In this document: piece by piece, positions 11,969 to 23,309 of the stretch
Layout of the letters: each line of letters starts with the position of its first letter
How positions within the stretch are numbered: the stretch's first letter is position 1
Assembly (NCBI RefSeq): GCF_006345805.1
Contig: NC_043002.1
Location: 19,282,001-19,346,000, forward strand
From: Octopus sinensis
Taxonomy: Eukaryota
DNA: 64,000 nucleotides
Direction of reading: 5' to 3'
Translations under genes and position numbers: made by a program
Notes under the pieces: generated by a model
The model's database searches: none
What the model was told of the DNA's origin: nothing
What the model saw: only the letters and a program-made list of their open reading frames with translations

Positions 11969-12419
11969 CCATGGAGGAAGGAGAGGAAATAAAAGCTGCG
12001 GGGCCTCATAAATTGCCGGGGTGTAAAAACTCCGTGAGATTATAAGTTCATGTACTGTTGTTTGTTCTACTGGTCATGTAAAGGACATTTATGTATAATG
12101 AATAATCCAAATGTAAATGAAAATTTTTAATCGAATCTCTTAAATGTTTTTTGTATGTATGTCCTGTATTTGTCCTTCTGTGTAATCGATTTTTATAATC
12201 ATAATAAAGAAATACCTCTTTCGATTCTACATCTTGCTGACAAAACACTGACTCGAAAAATGACCAGCAAGCGAATTTAACTTACAACCTGTCATTCATA
12301 TTCATTTTTTAAGCGTTGATTCGTAACTCTAAATCCGTTTCTCTATTATTTGTTTCGCCATCTTGTATGCATGGCTTCCTGTCTGTCATGCATTTTAAAT
12401 TCCTCCTTTATTTCAGTGT

Positions 12420-14438
12420 CATCCCGTGTTATTCCATCCCCAGAATTCACTACAATTCTTCTCTCTCCTCCTATTTATATATGTTTTAATCGAACCCCGA
12501 AGTTTCTAGATGTTCAGTAATTTCTGTCGCAGAAAATTCCCTACGTATTACTTAAAACCTGTTGTTCCTTCGTCGTTATTCCTTTCCCCAAATTACCCTA
12601 AATTCCCTACGAATATTTTCTCTCTCTCATTTATATTACGTTCTTCTCGAACCCCGAAGTTTCTAGATGTTCAGTAATTTCTGTCGCAGAAAATTCCCTA
12701 CGTATTAACTTAAAACCTGTTGTTCCTTCGTCGTTATTCCTTTCCCCAAAGATACCCTAAATTCCCTACGAAATATTTTCTCTCTCTCTTATTTATATTA
12801 CGTTCTCTCGAACCCCGAAGTTTCTAGATGTTCAGTAATTTCTGTCGCAGAAAATTCCCTACGTATTAACTTAAAACCTGTTGTTCCTTCGTCGTTATTC
12901 CTTTCCCCAAAGATACCCTAAATTCCCTACGAAATATTTTCTCTCTCTCTTATTTATATACGTTCTTCTCGACCCCGAAGTTTCTAGATGTTCAGTAATT
13001 TCTGTTGCAGAAAATTCCCTACGTATTAACTTAAAACCTGTTGTTCCTTCGTCGTTATTCCTTTCCCCAAAGATACCCTAACCCTACGAATATTTTCTCT
13101 CTCTCTTATTTATTTACGTTCTTCTCGAACCCCGAAGTTTCTAGATGTTCAGTAATTTCTGTTGCAGAAAATTCCCTACGTATTAACTTAAAACCTGTTG
13201 TTCCTTCGTCGTTATTCCTTTCCCAAAGATACCTAAATTCCCTACGAAATATTTTCTCTCTCTCTTATTTATATTACGTTCTTCTCGAACCCCGAAGTTT
13301 CTAGATGTTCAGTATTTCTGTCGCAGAAAATTCCCTACGTATAACTTAAAACCTGTTGTTCCTTCGTCGTTATTCCTTCCCCAAGATCCCTAAGTTCCTA
13401 CGAAATATTTTCTCTCTCTCTTATTTATATTACGTTCTTCTCGAACCCCAAGTTTCTAGATGTTCAGTAATTTCTGTTGCAGAAAATTCCCTACGTATTA
13501 ACTTAAAACCTGTTGTTCCTTTCCCAAAGATACCCTAACTTCCCTACGAAATATTTTCTCTCTCTCTTATTTTATTACGTTCTTCTCGAACCCCGAAGTT
13601 TCTAGATGTTCAGTAATTTCTGTCGCAGAAAATTCCCTACGTATTAACTTAAAACCTGTTGTTCCTTCGTCGTTATTCCTTTCCCCAAAGATACCCTAAA
13701 TTCCCTACGAAATATTTTCTCTCTCTCTTATTTTATTACGTTCTTCTCGACCCCGAATTTCTAGAGGTTCAGTATTTCTCTCGCAGAAAATTCCTACGTA
13801 TTAACTTAAAACCTGTTGTCCTTCGTCGTTATTCCTTTCCCCAAGATCCCTAAATTCCCTACGAAATATTTTCTCTCTCTCTATTTATATTACGTTCTTC
13901 TCGAACCCCGAAGTTTCTAGATGTTCAGTAATTTCTCTCGCAGAAAATTCCTACGTATTAACTTAAAACCTGTTGTTCCTTCGTCGTTATTCCTTTCCCC
14001 AAGATACCCTAAGTTCCCTACGAAATATTTTCTCTCTCTATTTATATTACGTTCTTCTCGAACCCCGAAGTTTCTAGATGTTCAGTAATTTCTGTTGCAG
14101 AAATTCCTACGTATTAACTTAAAACCTGTTGTTCCTTTCCCCAAAGATACCCTAAATTCCTACGAAATATTTTCTCTCTCTCTTATTTATTTACGTTCTT
14201 CTCGAACCCCGAAGTTCTAGATGTTCAGTATTTCTGTTGCAGAAAATTCCCTACGTATTAACTTAAAACCTTGTTCCTTCGTCGTTATTCCTTTCCCAAA
14301 GATACCCTAAATTCCCTACGAAATATTTTCTCTCTCTTATTTATATTACGTTCTTCTCGAACCCCGAAGTTTCTAGATGTTCAGTAATTTCTGTCGCAGA
14401 AAATTCCCTACGTATTAACTTAAAACCTGTTGTTCCTT
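12420..14438. repeat. ~160-bp tandem satellite: 12 full monomers, a partial 13th and a degenerate leading monomer
   Basis: CGA(A)CCCC starts at 12491, 12648, 12809, 12970, 13126, 13286, 13442, 13587, 13748, 13902, 14059, 14203 and 14358. Confidence 0.97.
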
Positions 14439-14594
14439 GGAGGTGACCCCGCCCTCCCACCCATCCACCAGAACCAGAAGTTTCTGTTTTCTATCTTTCT
14501 TGACCCCCCCCCCCGCACCCCTATGTAGGGTTTATTGTGATCATATAGCGCAAAAACTTTGAAATTTATGCAGGTTGTAGTCTAGAGTCTCAGT

Positions 14595-17500
14595 ATGATA
14601 TCTGGCAAATGCAAGCTTTCTTTTCAGGTACAGAACACTGCGGCCCCTCATCCCAGGGTCTCAGAGGCCCACACCTCCCACACTCTCAGGGTGGGCACCC
14701 TCAACGTTGGCACATTGAAAGGTAGGTCTGGCGAGATAGTCGAGATGCTTGAACGGAGACGTGTTGATGTATGTTGTATGCAAGAAATAAGGTGGAGAGG
14801 AGGATCTGCTAGGGTCCTCACAGGCAAGGAACACAGGTACAAGATTTTCTGGGCAGGGAACACTGACGGGGTTGGTGGCGTGGGTATACTTATCGCTGAG
14901 AAATGGATAGATAGAGTAATTGAGGTAATCAGAGTAAGTGACAGAATACTTAAGATTAGAATAGTGCTTCATAATAGATTAGCAACCATTATATCGGCCT
15001 ATGCTCTCAGCCAGGGCTACCGATGGACAGAAAGAAGTTTCTATGACACCCTACTGCAGACCACCTCATCGACGAACGACAGGGACCTGCTTCATAATAG
15101 ATTAGCAACCATTATATCGGCCTATGCTCCTCAGCCAGGGCTACCCGATGGACAGAAAGACAGTTTCTATGACACCCTACTGCAGACCACCTCATCGACG
15201 AACGACAGGGACCTTCTCTTTGTGGCTGGTGATTTCAATGGGCATGTTGGACGACATGCTGGGGGCTTCCATGGCGTACATGGAGGCTACGGTTATGGTT
15301 CCCGCAACGAGGAGGGAACCAGGCTGCTGGAGTTCTGCGATGCGAATAGTCTTATGGTCTGCAACACTAACTTCAGGAAACCAACAAGCCACCTGGTCAC
15401 CTACCGATCGGGCCGGCATACTAGCCAAATCGACTACATCCTTGCCAGAAAAAGGGAAAGATGGCTGCTTAAAAATGCCAAAACCTTCCCAGGCGAAGAA
15501 TGCACCCCACAACATAGACTGGTAGTTAGTGACTTTAGGATCAGGACTAAGAGGGCGACTAGAAGACGACCAACATGGAGAAGAAGGGTCTGGAAGCTTA
15601 AAGCCCCTGCGAATGGACAGAGATTTAGAGATATGTTACTTGAAGCCTTTGACGAAGTGGAAGCGGGTATAGCTACACATGGGGTAGAAGACAACTGGAC
15701 GTTTCTGAGGGACAACCTGCTGAAAGCCGCTGACCAGATCTGTGGCTGGTGCAAAGTCCCCTTAAGACCCAAAATAACGTGGTGGTGGAACAATATTGTT
15801 GACAGGGCTATTAGACAAAAGAAACAGGCTTGGAAGGCCTGGAAGAACGGTGGTAGCAGGGAAGGGTATCAGACTGCCAGAAGGGAAGCTAGGAGACAGG
15901 TCTATCTAGCCAGAGGGGAAGCAGATAAGAGAAAATTTGCCAATGTCCTGCGCCGTGAGGATGAAAGACTTGAGGTATTTCGTGTTGCAAGACAGTGTGT
16001 GAGAGAGAATCGTGATGTGGTAGGAGAGAAATGTGTTCGCATGGAGGATGGTTCACTTGCGCTAAATGAGGATGCAAAGAGAGAAGCTTGGAGACGCCAC
16101 TATGAAAGGTTACTGAATGAGGAAAATGAATGGGATAAAGAGAGTCTGCCGAATGTTGACCCTACAGAGGGACCAGCTATCCGAGTTGATAGTTCCGTGG
16201 TAGCTAAGGCAATTAGAAGCATGAAGACAGGGAAAGCCCCAGGCCCATCAGGAATTACTGCAGAGATGCTCAAAATATCTGGCAGTGTCGGCTATAACCT
16301 AGTCACCCGTATAGTCAACCAGGTGATACACGAAGGAGTCATACCCAATGACTGGTGCAGCAGCATACTAGTCAACTGCTACAAAGGTAAAGGTGATGCC
16401 CTAGATACAAATAATTACAGAGGTATCAAGCTGTTGGATCAAGTAATGAAGGTTACGGAGAGGGTCATAGCCCAACTAATTAGAGAGAGAGTTAGTTTAG
16501 ATGAGATGCAGTTTGGGTTCGTGCCAGGGAAAAGTACCACTGATGCTATATTCCTGGTAAGGCAGCTGCAGGAGAAATACCTAGCCAAAGATAAGCCCCT
16601 GTACCTGGCTTTCGTTGACATGGAGAAAGCTTTTGATAGGGTTCCCCGATCCCTTATCTGGTGGTCAATGAGGAAACTAGGGATAGATGAATGGCTGGTG
16701 AGGACTGTGCAAGCCATGTACAGAGATGCCGTAAGTAAGGTTAGGGTTGGCAACATGTACACAGAAGAATTCAAAGTAGAGGTTGGGGTCCACCAGGGTT
16801 CAGTACTCAGCTCCCTCCTATTTATCATAGTACTCCAGGCAATTACGGAGGAATTCAAGACAGGCTGTCCCTGGGAGCTCCTCTACGCTGACGACCTTGC
16901 TCTTATTGCTGAGTCACTATCAGAACTGGAGGAGAAGTTCCAGGTGTGGAAGGAGGGTTTAGAATCAAGGGGCCTTAGAGTCAACCTAGCTAAAACCAAA
17001 GTACTAATAAGTAGAAAGGTAGACAATCCACAAATATCTTCAGGAAGATGGCCCTGCTCGATCTGTAGAAAAGGTGTAGGTAGAAACTCTATAAGATGTA
17101 CCCAGTGTAAGCTATGGACACATAAGAGGTGCAGCAATGTCAAAGGTAGGCTAACTGGGAAGATAGTTTTTGTATGTGGCAGATGCTCGGGAGCATTAAC
17201 CTCCGAAAATCTGCAGAAAACAACTTCCGTCACTTTCCAGGGGAAAAAACTAGAAGTAGTTGATAGCTTCCGTTATCTAGGTGACCAAGTCAGTAGTGGG
17301 GGTGGGTGCGCTGAAAGTGTAACTGCTAGAATAAGAATAGCCTGGGCAAAGTTTAGGGAGCTCTTACCTCTGCTGGTGACTAAAGGCCTCTCGCTCAGAG
17401 TAAAAGGCAGACTGTATGATGCGTGTGTACGAACAGCCATGCTACATGGCAGCGAAACATGGGCCGTGACTGCTGAGGACATGCGTAAGCTCGTGAGGAA

Positions 17501-17840
17501 TGAAGCCAGTATGCTCCGATGGATGTGTAATGTCAGTGTACATACTCGACAGAGCGTTAGCACCTTGAGAGAAATGTTGTACCTAAGAAGCATCAGTTGT
17601 GGTGTGCAAGAGAGACGATTGCGCTGGTATGGTCATGTGGCGAGAATGGATGAAGATAGGTGTGTGAGAAAGTGCCAATCCCTAGCAGTTGAGGGAACCC
17701 GTGGAAGAGGTAGACCCAGGAAAACCTGGGACGAGGTGGTGAAGCACGACCTTCGAACTTTAGGCCTCACTGAGGAAATGACCAGAGACCGAGACCTTTG
17801 GAAATATTCTGTACGTGAGAAGACCAGGCAGGACAAGTGA
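14595..17840 (+). CDS. RTE ORF (1081 aa): APE, RT, inserted PHD finger and RTE C-terminus; internal 41-aa duplication; true start uncertain
   Basis: TLNVGTL, AGDFNGHVG, SQIDYIL, FVDMEKAFDRV, HQGSVLS, LLYADDL, C4HC3 motif, GRGRPRKTW; no stop codons. Confidence 0.95.
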   Translation: MISGKCKLSFQVQNTAAPHPRVSEAHTSHTLRVGTLNVGTLKGRSGEIVEMLERRRVDVCCMQEIRWRGGSARVLTGKEHRYKIFWAGNTDGVGGVGILIAEKWIDRVIEVIRVSDRILKIRIVLHNRLATIISAYALSQGYRWTERSFYDTLLQTTSSTNDRDLLHNRLATIISAYAPQPGLPDGQKDSFYDTLLQTTSSTNDRDLLFVAGDFNGHVGRHAGGFHGVHGGYGYGSRNEEGTRLLEFCDANSLMVCNTNFRKPTSHLVTYRSGRHTSQIDYILARKRERWLLKNAKTFPGEECTPQHRLVVSDFRIRTKRATRRRPTWRRRVWKLKAPANGQRFRDMLLEAFDEVEAGIATHGVEDNWTFLRDNLLKAADQICGWCKVPLRPKITWWWNNIVDRAIRQKKQAWKAWKNGGSREGYQTARREARRQVYLARGEADKRKFANVLRREDERLEVFRVARQCVRENRDVVGEKCVRMEDGSLALNEDAKREAWRRHYERLLNEENEWDKESLPNVDPTEGPAIRVDSSVVAKAIRSMKTGKAPGPSGITAEMLKISGSVGYNLVTRIVNQVIHEGVIPNDWCSSILVNCYKGKGDALDTNNYRGIKLLDQVMKVTERVIAQLIRERVSLDEMQFGFVPGKSTTDAIFLVRQLQEKYLAKDKPLYLAFVDMEKAFDRVPRSLIWWSMRKLGIDEWLVRTVQAMYRDAVSKVRVGNMYTEEFKVEVGVHQGSVLSSLLFIIVLQAITEEFKTGCPWELLYADDLALIAESLSELEEKFQVWKEGLESRGLRVNLAKTKVLISRKVDNPQISSGRWPCSICRKGVGRNSIRCTQCKLWTHKRCSNVKGRLTGKIVFVCGRCSGALTSENLQKTTSVTFQGKKLEVVDSFRYLGDQVSSGGGCAESVTARIRIAWAKFRELLPLLVTKGLSLRVKGRLYDACVRTAMLHGSETWAVTAEDMRKLVRNEASMLRWMCNVSVHTRQSVSTLREMLYLRSISCGVQERRLRWYGHVARMDEDRCVRKCQSLAVEGTRGRGRPRKTWDEVVKHDLRTLGLTEEMTRDRDLWKYSVREKTRQDK

Positions 17841-18339
17841 GCCCAGCCCACTTATGAATGCCTTTCCTCCCTTGGACACAAAGACCAGTTGAGGCAAGCG
17901 AAGTCGATATAGAACCTCATCCGACGACAGACACCCATGCCAACCCCCCATGCTTGCGAAGACATGTTGGGGCAAGCGAAATCGAAACCGAATTGAACCA
18001 GCCAGGATCCCTGGCCTGGTGGTACGTAAAAAGCACTATCCGACTCGTGGCCGATGCCAGCACCGCCTCGACTGGCTTCCGTGCCGGTGGCACATAAAAT
18101 ACACCAATCTGACCGTGGCCGTTGCCAGCCCCACCTGGCACCTGTGCAGGTGGCACGTAAAAAGCACCCACTACACTCACGGAGTGGTTGGCGTTAGGAA
18201 GGGCATCCAGCTGTAGAAACATTGCCAAATTAGACTGGAGCTTGGTGCAGCCTTCTGGCTTCCCAGAACCCCGGTCGAACCGTCCAACCCATGCTAGCAT
18301 GGAGAACGGACGTTAAACGACGATGATGATGATGATGAT
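14595..18339 (+). mobile_element. RTE-clade LINE, young and near full length, with (GAT)n tail
   Basis: Single APE-RT ORF; 3' UTR with repeated GGTGGCACGTAAAAAGCAC modules and GGAAGGGCATCCAGC; ends GATGATGAT. Confidence 0.95.
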
Positions 18340-20479
18340 ATAATTTTTTAGGGAATAAAAATTCCGTAATAACAGAGGTTCAAATTATTCTCAATGAAGA
18401 AATATCTTTTAATTTAGAGATAGTAGGCTCCTACATTCATGGAGATATTATGGGCTAAAACAGAGCTTCTTAATGCTCAGGATGAACGTAAAATTAAATG
18501 TAAACAGACTAAAATGCCTTATTAACAACACATAACCCTAAATTTTAGTGTAAGTATTGTTAATACTATAATTATATAATTATTTAAGATGAATAAAAAC
18601 TTACCATTAGATGGGGGGGATGAATAATAACTAGTGAGTGATTAAATGGGCAGAATAATATGGAATTATCCAAAATAAAAAAAAGTAATATTCCCATGAT
18701 GCATTTTTGAAGTTTCGTGAACCATGTTTTACTATTTAGACAATTTGTTAATTAAATAATAGTTTAAAGTAGCAGGAAATAGAGTGTGAGTACTTCGCTG
18801 GACTTTGCAATGTCAAGCCATAATTAAGACGTAGGATAATGGAGCTATCAGTGAATTGCATATTTTCTTTACATTACCATCAAGTTATCTTTATTTTATT
18901 TTACTTTGTAAATTTTTAGCAGTTCGTATTGGAACTATAGATTTTATTTGAAATAAATTGCCTCCATGTTTATTAATTTTTATTTGTGTATATTTTCCTT
19001 GCCATCCCTTTAGATAAATGATTAGTTGACAGAGAAAAGCTTTATAGAGTAATAAAAGCTCATACAACTCATTTTTCAGTATTATATTACTCAAACTAAT
19101 AAATGAACAACAGATCCATGTGTAACTGACTATTAGACATTGTACTTCTCTTGTGACATGTAGGAATTTCATGTGCAAAAGAGATAAAAATAATTTTATG
19201 TAATTCAACTTGTAAACCTCACCAGTCTCAGAGAACCTACAAAGCATAGTCACAATCCCACTCTACCAGATAAACATCATCTTAAATAAAAATGTTTAGA
19301 AACAAACTGAACTAAAACTGATCAGTTTTGATATTTAAATTTATACTATCATTACCCAGTCCATGATAGGCTGAGTGACCATAGTAATTGTAATAAAAAT
19401 TGCTAAACAAATATCTGTCATAAGATGATATAATATCACATCAGAGATGAATTGAAACAATTACAGGCCATTAAATCTTGTTTGTTGGAGTAAATTATAT
19501 TGACTTATTGTGTTTGTCTTAAGTTTAGATAATTCATGTTAGAAATGGTAGTCCAGCTGTAAAACAATTGAGCCAAATATTCCTGTAGTATATAACATTT
19601 GCACAAACATCCAACTAATGTCAACACAAAATACTACATATGATAGTGGCAAAAACCAATACAGAATTTCTTGAGTTAGGGAAACAATTCAAAAAAGGAT
19701 GAACCAACAAAGGAGCTTCTGAATAGTTACTAGACCTACTAGAAATAACAGTATTATCTCCACCAAATGATACAGTGTATGAAAAAAGATGAGATGGCCA
19801 TGACATGAAACCCTTTTATCATAGATCTTGGTCAGGACTAATCTAGAGTGAAAACATTAACATTATTTTCAGAGGGAAAGAAAGAAACTGTCATAAGACA
19901 GGATTTAATCTGCAGTCAAAGTAAGGTAGACCTGAAGATGATTCCTAAAAGTTTGATAGTTGAGTGTATATTCTTTTATTGATTTCAACCATTATGCAGT
20001 GGCCATGCTTGGGCACCACCATCAAATGTTTTAGTCATACCATCCTCAATATTTAGTCTGTTACCTTTTTTTTTTTCAGTTTCTTTTTATCAAACAGCTA
20101 AATCCCCAAATGTTACATTACTTTAAAGAGTTACTTTACAGTAAGGAAATAAACACACTATTTACAGTGGTGTGCACACACACACACACACAAAATGATC
20201 TATTAGATTCCACTTAAGACTTATTAATCTAAAGTAATGATAGGCAGCTGACCAATTAACCAGGAAAATATTTACCATCCCCATGAAATATTTTGACATG
20301 CAATTTAAATTAAAAATTACTAGTTAAACAACTATACACAAACAATGATCATTCAATTTTATAGACTAAAGCTATAGTTTCAAAAATATTACTCTCTTCT
20401 ATGGTTCTCTTAATGAACAGTATCAGTAATTGACCAATAACCAGAATATCTTTTAAAATATTGTGCTATATGACCTATT

Positions 20480-21290
20480 ACGTGTTGGTTGGCTATGAAC
20501 CCAGAGCTGATAGCTTCAAATATTTTTATGGACAATTGTACCATTACCTCAAGTCAACTGATACAGAATTACACATCAGCATGCAGCCAATTTAGTCGTT
20601 TACCAATTAATAACCCTAATCTATCCCACAGTCATTTATGCTAATGAGAGTTGGCAAATCACTACCAAAACTTTATTACCGAGGCTGAACCTATTCCAAA
20701 GACTTAGGAATCTAAAACACACACACACACAAGGACAAAATTACCAATGAAGAAATCCTACGACAAAGAGCAGATTCTCAAACATCAAGCTTACCCAACT
20801 TTACTTTGTAAGGCAAGCATTGTGCATGCCAGACAAACTCTTGAAACTTCAATTTACTAGCCACCACAATAGTAATAGGATGCAATGAAGACCATTCAGA
20901 ACTTAAACACATTCAGAGGTGAACTAGATATGATGTCAGAAGCTTGAGCAGATAGAAATTAATGAAGACCCATCAATCAGTGTACACTCCAACACAGATC
21001 CAAGTTTATGGCATTTACAGCACTTATTTGTCACCACCCAAATCTGTTTTAAATAAATCAACAAAACAATTAAACAAAGATAAGCAAAGTACAAGTCACT
21101 GGAAAGAAACACAACATGGAGTCTTCAAGCCAAGCCGCCAACAAGCAGAAACCTGGGGATAGACCAAGAATGAGATGGCTGGATAAATCCATAGTTGGTC
21201 ATAAGTGTAATGACGGTTGTTTGTGACAGGACCCAATGGAAGAGGTGCTCAAGAACTTTACCCCCACGATCCTCCCAGGAGGGTTGTTAG
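20480..21290 (+). mobile_element. Old RTE-like LINE 3' relic
   Basis: Degenerate translation YANESWQ..KDKITNEEILR..GDRPRMRWLD. Confidence 0.5.
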
Positions 21291-21779
21291 GACAGAGATT
21301 TGAGCACCTCTTCCAATCACCATATTATTACAGAGATTGCAATTAAACCCTTGATAGATTTGGTATATTACTCTAATTCATTTCAGTTGATACTGTTTTG
21401 TATCTAACATTCTTTTACTATTCACACAAAAATATTGCCATATAACTGACAAGAAAATATATTAAAAGGATCCAATACAGATATCAATCTACTTATGAAA
21501 GCAAGTTTATTATATTGCAGTGATTGCACTCGAATTAGCATCAAACAGCATTCAGCTTTAGTATTTAACATTCACAACACTATCTTATGACATCTATTGC
21601 AGCAAATGGCATTTTATTGACATCAGCATCAGTGAGGTTGCTTTGTGTCTTACAAACTAAAGCATTTTAACTGTTGGCCCAGTTCATTCAGGGGAATGTG
21701 GAAAAAAAAAAACATCAATAGAAGAGATAGCAGTGACAAAACTAGAGTGGGAGAAAGAGTTGAGAGTGTGACAGGGTAG

Positions 21780-22270
21780 TAGAGGAGGAAGAAATGGAAG
21801 AGACATTGCCAGAAGGAGCAACAGGAGAGAGAAAAAAGAAACAATAGCAGGGTGAATAGAGCAATCTCTTCATTCTGAGAAAAAAACCCATTGTTAGTAG
21901 CAGAGTTAAGGGCTCTCTAAAACTTTTTGACTCTTTTCTTACACTGGCTGCTATATTTTCAGAACACTCATCGCCACTGCTAATTGGGTAACCTAGGTAA
22001 CAGGAGCTTTCATCTACAAGTGAAACTTTCAAGCATTTGAGAGATTTCCTTTCATATGTATTCTTACAATTAATTATTCTTGTGCATCTGTTACACATGA
22101 AGTCTACCTTCTCTTCTATCAGCCTACCTATTTTCCCCTCAACACCTCTTCTGCATCTACATTTTAGACTGGATACACCATATGAAATTTCTACCAATAT
22201 TTATACATTGCTATTTTCCTGGTCTAGAATTTCTACAACTCAATCTAAAGGGATATGTATCAGATAACCT
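21780..22270 (-). mobile_element. Degenerate fragment of the PHD-bearing RTE family
   Basis: FMCNRC..SCYLGYPISSGDECSENI aligns to FVCGRC..FRYLGDQVSSGGGCAESV. Confidence 0.7.
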
Positions 22271-23309
22271 CTCCATACAAGTTTCCATGAACAGCCAGGA
22301 TAAAATTCTTATGGTTTGCAGAACTATAATAATGGTGGGACTAATGCCTGAATCCTGAAAAGACACTTAACTCACCAAACACAAATTGAAAGAGTAAAAT
22401 GAACTCCTGGATAAAATTGGAAAAGTCAGATTCTTAGAGAAAACACCATTTCACACAAAGAAGATAAATGCATTATGAGTAATCTCCTACACAATAAACT
22501 ATGACAAAAAAGTTCCTAATGAATTGCTTTTATATACCTGCTCCCATTCTTTTTGCTAAAATAATTTTCTCCACCTTTTATAATGAAATAATATGGTATA
22601 ATTATTAAATCTTTGTTTCATATTGATGAGATTCAAGTATATCAAAATAGCTATATTACTAAGGACTTACTAAGGATTTCATATTCAAATATGAAGAAAT
22701 TATAGTTGAAATAAAAAGATTAAAGACTTCAATTAGATACATATGTTTCCAATGAAGATCTGCATGTGTGTATGCATCAGCTCCCCCCACTTCATAGCCA
22801 TCCATCACATGTGCTGGTACAGGCATGTCCTTCACTTTTCACCAAATAATTGTACCAAAGCCTTACTCTCATTTGTCACAGAAGCTGTGAGCTGGAAGAG
22901 GAACAGTGGCAGGCCTCACACCAAATAGCTAGACGTTATTGAAGAAGATCCTCTGAGGCTCAACATCTTGGAGGATGCAGAGGGGTTAGCATGAGACCAC
23001 CAGTAATAGGGGGGGTCTGGTTGATCTGGTTGGCACTACACCCAATGACATCTCTGGGACTACCAACCTGAGATGACTCCTAACTTCATCTAGCCAATGT
23101 CATAAGATTCCCAATGACCAGACTTGCCAACAAAGTCAAGTGAAACCCTTAGGAGACATCCCAAGATGAACAGACACCAGATGATTAACAGGAACCTTCA
23201 GTTGGCAAACATACAATGAAATGATGCTAACTGATCCTGCTGGGGTACTTCGATTGCCTCAATGCAGAAGTATTTAAGTCTAATTTTTCAGCAGAAGACA
23301 TTCAGATTA

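Larger units (their letters stand above)
6954..12228 (+). mobile_element. Tx1/L1-clade LINE, tandem copy 3 (full length, last of the array)
   Basis: Same architecture; ends AATAAAGAAATACCTCTTTCGATTCT, followed by unrelated flank ACATCTTGCTGAC. Confidence 0.95.

Noticed and set aside
12229-12420. Flank after the array as an snRNA, tRNA or 5S target gene (7-bp stem CTTGCTG/CAGCAAG at 12233-12271)
   Set aside because: No recognisable U1, U2, U6, 5S or tRNA sequence on either strand; only a short stem. An Rfam search would be needed.
12491-14438. Satellite as a CRISPR array, or as coding ORFs (MFLRRYSF...)
   Set aside because: There are no unique spacers and the context is eukaryotic. The ORFs are repeat translations starting at non-ATG codons.
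18891-19253. 120-aa minus-strand ORF and acceptor-like site near 19237
   Set aside because: AT-rich with no recognisable homology, and not a DPH1 exon.
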